A DNA stretch of 64,000 nucleotides from Treponemataceae bacterium (lineage in GTDB: Bacteria > Spirochaetota > Spirochaetia > Treponematales > Rectinemataceae), in assembly GCA_963677895.2 (NCBI GenBank), contig CAXXGJ010000018.1, forward strand, positions 520,057-584,056. The letters run 5' to 3'. The notes below the pieces were generated by a model that searched no databases, had not been told where the DNA came from, and was given only the letters and a program-made list of their open reading frames with translations. Positions within the stretch are counted from its first letter, which is position 1; every line of letters starts with the position of its first letter. The position numbers were made by a program, and so were the translations under genes. Positions 58,951 to 64,000 of the stretch are shown one piece after another.

Positions 58951-60399
58951 ATGAAATTTAAACTGAATATTGAACGATTATTCCTGATTATGAGTTGCCT
59001 GGTGATGATTGCTTTTTCAGGTAAGTCACAAACAAATATGGTGTTTTATCCGCTTGACCAGCAAATAAATTCATCGGGCATGAATCCCTCGTTTTTGACC
59101 AGGCAAAACAGATTTACGTTTAGCATTTTTCCTTTGTCGGGACTGAATGTTGGGTACAATAATCAACAGGCTGTTAAAAATATGTTGACAGACTTTCTGC
59201 AGGGAGACCAAACCAATCAACAGTTCCGCGAGGTTTTTGACAGCATGATCAGTCTCGAGCTTTTTTATCAGCGGCTGGAGGATAACCTGGTAAGTTTAGG
59301 CTACAACTCATCTGTGGGATCATTCGATTTCAGGATAAAAGAAAATATACAGCTCCTGACGGACGTCAAAAATCAATTCTCCGAGTTTTTAATTAATAAC
59401 ACGGCGCAATCAATCGCTCTTGGTACTCCTGAATCTTTTCCGGCATTGGCGTTGCATTACCGCGAGTATAGTCTGGGTTATGCCAAGGAAATTATCAAGA
59501 ATAAGTTATCGGCGGGGGTGAGGCTCAAAGCATATTTTGGCAAAGCGGCAATGGAATCATCGGCGAGTGGTGTTGCGGTTCAGAAGAACTCCGATATTTA
59601 CCTTCAAACGAATGGACGGTTAAACATTTCGGCGCCTATTGATGTGGTTTCTTACAGTGATAATTCGCTTCAGACGGTTGCCCTGGACAACAATTTTTCT
59701 GTAGGCAATTATTTGATGAATTCTAAAAACAGCGGATTTGGGTTCGATGTCGGAGTTAACTACCAGCTTACACCTGAACTTTCCTTTTCCGCTAGTGCAA
59801 TTGATGTAGGAAAGATAAACTGGAAGAACAACCTGAATAACATGAATTTCGAAGGTGAATACAGGCTTCCTGCAGAGTTTATTGCTGCCAACGCTGACGG
59901 AGTTTTAACCAAGAACCCTGATTTTACTTCGGAAACAGTAAGTTTTCCGGAACTTTATAAGATCAAAGCAGACTCGTTGCCGTATTCGACACAGCTGCCA
60001 ATGGCGGTTTATACTGGAATTAAATATCGGCTCAGTTCCAGGTTTAATTTAAGTTTGGTTGACCGGTTTATACACGCGCCATCCATGAGTTTCAATAGTA
60101 TTATGGCAACCGGGATATACGATTTAAAACAGAATTTATCGCTCAGTGCTGGCTTTTCGGTGTTGGGCAACTCTTATCCCAACATGCCTTTTGCGCTCCT
60201 TTACAGGTGGGGTGGTGGTCAGCTTTATGCCGGAACAGATAATCTGCTTTCGGTGCTGATCCCCTCAGTTTCCGAATTCTCAGGAATAACTTTCGGGATG
60301 AGTTTTTATCCGTTTAAGGAAAAAATGAGGTACAACGATCAGATTGATTACCTTCCGTTTTATCGGGAAAAGAAACATAAGGGATCAAGGAGCAAATAA
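58951..60399 (+). CDS. DUF5723-like outer-membrane beta-barrel protein (Bacteroidota)
   Basis: Signal peptide, NPS, YREYSLGY, GFGFDVG, DVGKINW, TDN. Confidence 0.7.
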   Translation: MKFKLNIERLFLIMSCLVMIAFSGKSQTNMVFYPLDQQINSSGMNPSFLTRQNRFTFSIFPLSGLNVGYNNQQAVKNMLTDFLQGDQTNQQFREVFDSMISLELFYQRLEDNLVSLGYNSSVGSFDFRIKENIQLLTDVKNQFSEFLINNTAQSIALGTPESFPALALHYREYSLGYAKEIIKNKLSAGVRLKAYFGKAAMESSASGVAVQKNSDIYLQTNGRLNISAPIDVVSYSDNSLQTVALDNNFSVGNYLMNSKNSGFGFDVGVNYQLTPELSFSASAIDVGKINWKNNLNNMNFEGEYRLPAEFIAANADGVLTKNPDFTSETVSFPELYKIKADSLPYSTQLPMAVYTGIKYRLSSRFNLSLVDRFIHAPSMSFNSIMATGIYDLKQNLSLSAGFSVLGNSYPNMPFALLYRWGGGQLYAGTDNLLSVLIPSVSEFSGITFGMSFYPFKEKMRYNDQIDYLPFYREKKHKGSRSK

Positions 60400-60566
60400 T
60401 TGTAAATGTGTATGTTGATTTAGTTTCAGCCGAATGATTGATTCTGTTTTTCGGACAACCGTTGAAAAGAACATCGGGTTCAATCGGGTTATGCGGCTCT
60501 TCTTTTTGATTTGGGCTGTTATACGATTCGACTAAAAATCTTAATTTTGAGCAAAGTTGAATCAGA

Positions 60567-62021
60567 ATGGCAGATCAAAGAATCAGTTTACAGCAACGCT
60601 TATTGCAAAAGCTTTCTCCGCAGCAGATACAGGTTATCAAGTTGCTTGAGATTCCTACGATTCAGCTTGAGCAGCGAATCAAAAGCGAACTGGAGGAAAA
60701 CCCGATTCTGGAAATGATTGAAGGGGAAAATCCGGATGAGAGCTACGACGATGCCGGCGATTCGGATGAAGCGCCCGGAAGCGACGAATTTTCGCTCGAA
60801 GATTACATGAATGAGGAAGATATTCCGAACTACCGCCTCAACGCCAATAACTACTCGAAAGACGACAAGCAGGTTGAGATGCCTTATTCTTCAGGAATTA
60901 GTTTTCACGACTCGCTGATTGAGCAGTTGGGCCTTTCAAATCTGGGCGAAGAAGAAGAGCGCATTGCCGAATATATCATCGGCAACATCGACGAGGATGG
61001 TTATCTGCGCCGCGATTTGCTTTCAATTTCCGACGATTTGGCGTTTCACCTCAATATCGATGTGAAAATTGAGGATTTGGAACGTTACCTCGATATTATT
61101 CAGGACTTTGACCCTCCGGGCATTGGTGCGCGCGATCTTCAGGAATGTTTGCTTTTACAGATCATGCGGAAAAAGGGGAAAGACTCGACCTGCCTGGCGG
61201 CCAAAATCATTCAGGACCAGTTTGACGAATTCACCAAAAAGCATTACGATAAAATTCAGCGCAAATACGAAGTCTCGGAGGAGGAATTAAAAGAGGCGAT
61301 TGACGAAATCCTGAAGCTGAATCCGAAGCCCGGAAGCTCGTACAGCAACCCGATGAGCAAATCGAATCAGGTAATTGTGCCCGATTTTCTGCTCGACAAT
61401 CTGGACGGAGAACTTCAGTTAAGCCTGAATCAGAAGAATGTTCCCGACCTTCAGCTGAATGGTACTTACATGGATTTGATGAAGACGTACGCGGTGAATA
61501 AAAGCGGTGCATCGAAAGATCAGAAGGAGGCCATGATGTTTATGAAGCAGAAGCTGGATTCGGCTAAGTGGTTCATCGACGCTATTCGCCAGCGCCATCA
61601 GACGTTGTACATTACCATGAGCGAGATCATCAAGTTTCAGAAAGAGTTTTTTCAGGATGGCGACGAAACCAAGCTGAAACCTATGATTCTGAAGGATATT
61701 GCTGATTTAACCGGCCTTGATATTTCAACCATTTCGCGCGTTTCGAACAGTAAATATATCCAGACTCACTTCGGAATTTATCCGCTGAAATATTTCTTTT
61801 CGGAAGGACTTCAGACCGACACCGGCGAGGAAGTTTCGACCCGGGAAATAAAAAAGATATTGAAGGAATGTATCGAGAATGAAGACAAGAGGCATCCGGT
61901 TACCGACGAAAAACTGGCCTTAATCCTGAAAGAAAAATCGTACATTGTGGCCCGCCGGACGGTAGCTAAATACCGCGAACAAATGGGAATACCGGTGGCC
62001 CGAATGAGAAAAGAACTGTAA
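60567..62021 (+). CDS. rpoN: RNA polymerase sigma-54
   Basis: LSPQQIQ, DPPGIGAR, STISR, RpoN box ARRTVAKYRE. Confidence 0.96.
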   Translation: MADQRISLQQRLLQKLSPQQIQVIKLLEIPTIQLEQRIKSELEENPILEMIEGENPDESYDDAGDSDEAPGSDEFSLEDYMNEEDIPNYRLNANNYSKDDKQVEMPYSSGISFHDSLIEQLGLSNLGEEEERIAEYIIGNIDEDGYLRRDLLSISDDLAFHLNIDVKIEDLERYLDIIQDFDPPGIGARDLQECLLLQIMRKKGKDSTCLAAKIIQDQFDEFTKKHYDKIQRKYEVSEEELKEAIDEILKLNPKPGSSYSNPMSKSNQVIVPDFLLDNLDGELQLSLNQKNVPDLQLNGTYMDLMKTYAVNKSGASKDQKEAMMFMKQKLDSAKWFIDAIRQRHQTLYITMSEIIKFQKEFFQDGDETKLKPMILKDIADLTGLDISTISRVSNSKYIQTHFGIYPLKYFFSEGLQTDTGEEVSTREIKKILKECIENEDKRHPVTDEKLALILKEKSYIVARRTVAKYREQMGIPVARMRKEL

Positions 62022-62112
62022 TTTGATTTTGAATTAACGGTTGTCGGTTGAGGGTTTAAAATGAGTAGTCAATCAGAAATCGTTGATCATTAATCGTTAA
62101 CCGATTGCACTA

Positions 62113-62733
62113 ATGAACGACAACAAAATTCTGAACCTGACAGCGCGTATCATGTCAGTCATGTTTCATCCCCTGTTAATGCCAACTTTAGGTTTTCTGC
62201 TTCTTTTCAACTCCGATTTCTACTTTTCAATTTTACCGTGGAATCTGAAAAGATATATGCTTCTGGTCGTTTTCTTTTCAACCTGCATTTTGCCTGCTAT
62301 TAGTATTGGCATTCTGACTTTAAACCAACGGTTTAACATTAATATGGAAAAGAATACCGATCGGGTGTTGTCGCTGTTAATTTGTGCGGTTTCGTACTAC
62401 CTTGGCTACCAGATTCTCAAGCGTCTGCCGGTTTTTCCGTTTTATAATATTTTATTGGTTGGGGCTGTTTTGGTGCAAATTGCACTTGTCCCTTTGTCAA
62501 TGCGCTGGAAAATCAGCACTCATGCTGCGGCTATTGGTGGTTTGATTGGCGGTATTTTAGGGCTGGCATTCAGGCTTCAGGAGAACCCGGTTAATCTTTT
62601 ATTGATACTGATCATGACGGCAGGACTTATCGGGACTTCGCGGCTTATTCTTCAGAAAAACACCGGGACACAAGTGTATGCCGGTTTTTCGGTTGGGTTC
62701 CTGGTTCTGCTTTTGGTGATTACCTATATTTAG
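62113..62733 (+). CDS. Membrane protein, PAP2-like
   Basis: FHPL, KISTH, SRL; about six TM helices. Confidence 0.7.
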   Translation: MNDNKILNLTARIMSVMFHPLLMPTLGFLLLFNSDFYFSILPWNLKRYMLLVVFFSTCILPAISIGILTLNQRFNINMEKNTDRVLSLLICAVSYYLGYQILKRLPVFPFYNILLVGAVLVQIALVPLSMRWKISTHAAAIGGLIGGILGLAFRLQENPVNLLLILIMTAGLIGTSRLILQKNTGTQVYAGFSVGFLVLLLVITYI

Positions 62734-62739
62734 AAATAT

Positions 62740-62788
62740 GGAAAAAGAGTCATTAGAAAACGGGTAAATATTTGCTAATGACTCTTTC
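62740..62788. terminator. Hairpin between convergent genes
   Basis: AAAGAGTCATTAG...CTAATGACTCTTT. Confidence 0.55.
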
Positions 62789-62793
62789 CTATT

Positions 62794-64000
62794 TTAGATC
62801 AATCCGTTTCTTTTAAGTAAAGCGTTCGCAGTAGGTTCCTGTCCACGGAAAGCTTTATATAACTTCATCGGGTGTTCACTTCCTCCTTTTTCCAGAATAT
62901 TAATGCGGAACGAATCGGCCGTTTTTCGGTCGAAAATTCCATTCTCCTGAAATACTGAAAATGCATCGGCATCCAGCACTTCAGCCCATTTATAGCTGTA
63001 ATAACCGGCGTCATATCCTCCTGAAAAAATGTGCGAAAACGAAGTACTTTGCAGGCTCCCTTCCACTGACTCGAACAAATCAGTTGAAGAAATAGCAGCC
63101 ATTTCAAACGGTTTTAATTCGCCTTCAACCGGTGTTTCGCGGTGGTGATACGCCATATCCAACATTCCGAAACTCAACTGGCGTTCCATCATGTAAGCGG
63201 CCTGGAAATTCTGTGCCTGGCGTATTTTCTCGATCAGCTCTTCGGGCATTTTTTCACCTGTTTGGTAATGAACGGCAAACGTATCGAGCCACTCTTTTTC
63301 GTAGGCCCAGTTTTCGTGCATCTGCGACGGAAGCTCAACAAAATCCCAGTACACGTTGGTGCCCGAGGTTCCGGGGAACTGGCATTGTGACAACATGCCG
63401 TGCAGGCCATGTCCAAACTCGTGCAGGAATGTGGTTACTTCGTCGAAAGTCAGCAGCGACGGCGTTGTTTCTGTCGATTTGCTGAAATTGGTAACCAGCG
63501 AAACATGTGGCCGTATTTGTTTTCCGTTGACGTTTGATTGCGGGCGGTAGTCGGTCATCCAGGCACCTGAGCGCTTGCTTTCGCGTGGGAAAAAATCGAG
63601 GTAAAGTACCGCAATGAAATCGCCTTTTTCGTTGTACACTTCGTAAGCCATCACATCCGGATGATAAACTTCGATGTCTTTATTTTCTTTCAGTCCCAGC
63701 CCATAAAGCTTGTGAGCCAGCTGGAATACTCCAGAAATCACCTTTTCAAGCTGAAGGTATGGTTTTACCTCCTCGTCGGTGAAATTGTATTTTTCTTCCT
63801 TCAGTTTTTCGGAATAATAGGACCAGTCCCAGCGCTGAAGGTTCCCCACCAGTCCGGCTTTGGCGGCATATTCCTGTACTTCGGCAAATTCCTTTTCGGC
63901 AAAAGGTTTTGATGCCTGGTGCAGATCTTCCAGAAAAAGCTCCACTTTTTCAGGCGTTTCGGCCATGCGTTCCTGAAGTTTGTATTCGGCATGTGTGCTG
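62794..64000 (-). CDS. dcp: M3 metallopeptidase (peptidyl-dipeptidase Dcp), 5' end outside window
   Basis: HEFGH, DFVELPSQ, YYSYKWAEVLD. Confidence 0.9.
   Translation of the reverse strand, partial: STHAEYKLQERMAETPEKVELFLEDLHQASKPFAEKEFAEVQEYAAKAGLVGNLQRWDWSYYSEKLKEEKYNFTDEEVKPYLQLEKVISGVFQLAHKLYGLGLKENKDIEVYHPDVMAYEVYNEKGDFIAVLYLDFFPRESKRSGAWMTDYRPQSNVNGKQIRPHVSLVTNFSKSTETTPSLLTFDEVTTFLHEFGHGLHGMLSQCQFPGTSGTNVYWDFVELPSQMHENWAYEKEWLDTFAVHYQTGEKMPEELIEKIRQAQNFQAAYMMERQLSFGMLDMAYHHRETPVEGELKPFEMAAISSTDLFESVEGSLQSTSFSHIFSGGYDAGYYSYKWAEVLDADAFSVFQENGIFDRKTADSFRINILEKGGSEHPMKLYKAFRGQEPTANALLKRNGLI

Noticed and set aside
1..64000. CRISPR array, rRNA, integron integrase or recognisable anti-phage defence operon
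   Set aside because: No regularly spaced repeat-spacer units, rRNA motifs, tyrosine recombinase or defence-family motifs were seen

Overview
The window has three parts. (1) 1-~11.8 kb is a lower-GC accessory island at the 3' end of tRNA-Glu(CTC). It holds an 1812-aa RHS/YD polymorphic toxin with a small membrane immunity candidate, one near-canonical and three decayed integron attC sites (no integrase in view, so CALIN-like), a Fic gene with cassette-like boundaries and a tandem operator array, a serine hydrolase, an IS3 remnant and two diverged copies of a phage-like module. (2) ~11.8-58.2 kb is high-GC chromosome, most likely from a Spirochaetales anaerobe. It includes tRNA-Glu/Gln, a ten-gene uncharacterised sugar or nucleotide-sugar catabolic operon (aldolase, SorC regulator, Zn dehydrogenase, NAD-kinase-like protein, ABC importer, epimerase, ADP-ribosylglycohydrolase, MFS), recJ, pdp, recO, a nucleoside ABC system, pduL, upp, nudC, infA, dksA-like, trxB, nagZ, rnhB, a 31-aa bS22 gene missed by the ORF track, eda, buk/ptb and vor genes. 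(3) From ~58,235 the sequence switches abruptly, truncating a gene on each side, to AT-richer Bacteroidota-type DNA (GH92 fragment, DUF5723-like protein, rpoN, M3 peptidase), most likely an assembly chimera. Several single-base frameshifts in housekeeping genes suggest long-read indel errors. All calls come from reading motifs by eye; no searches were run.
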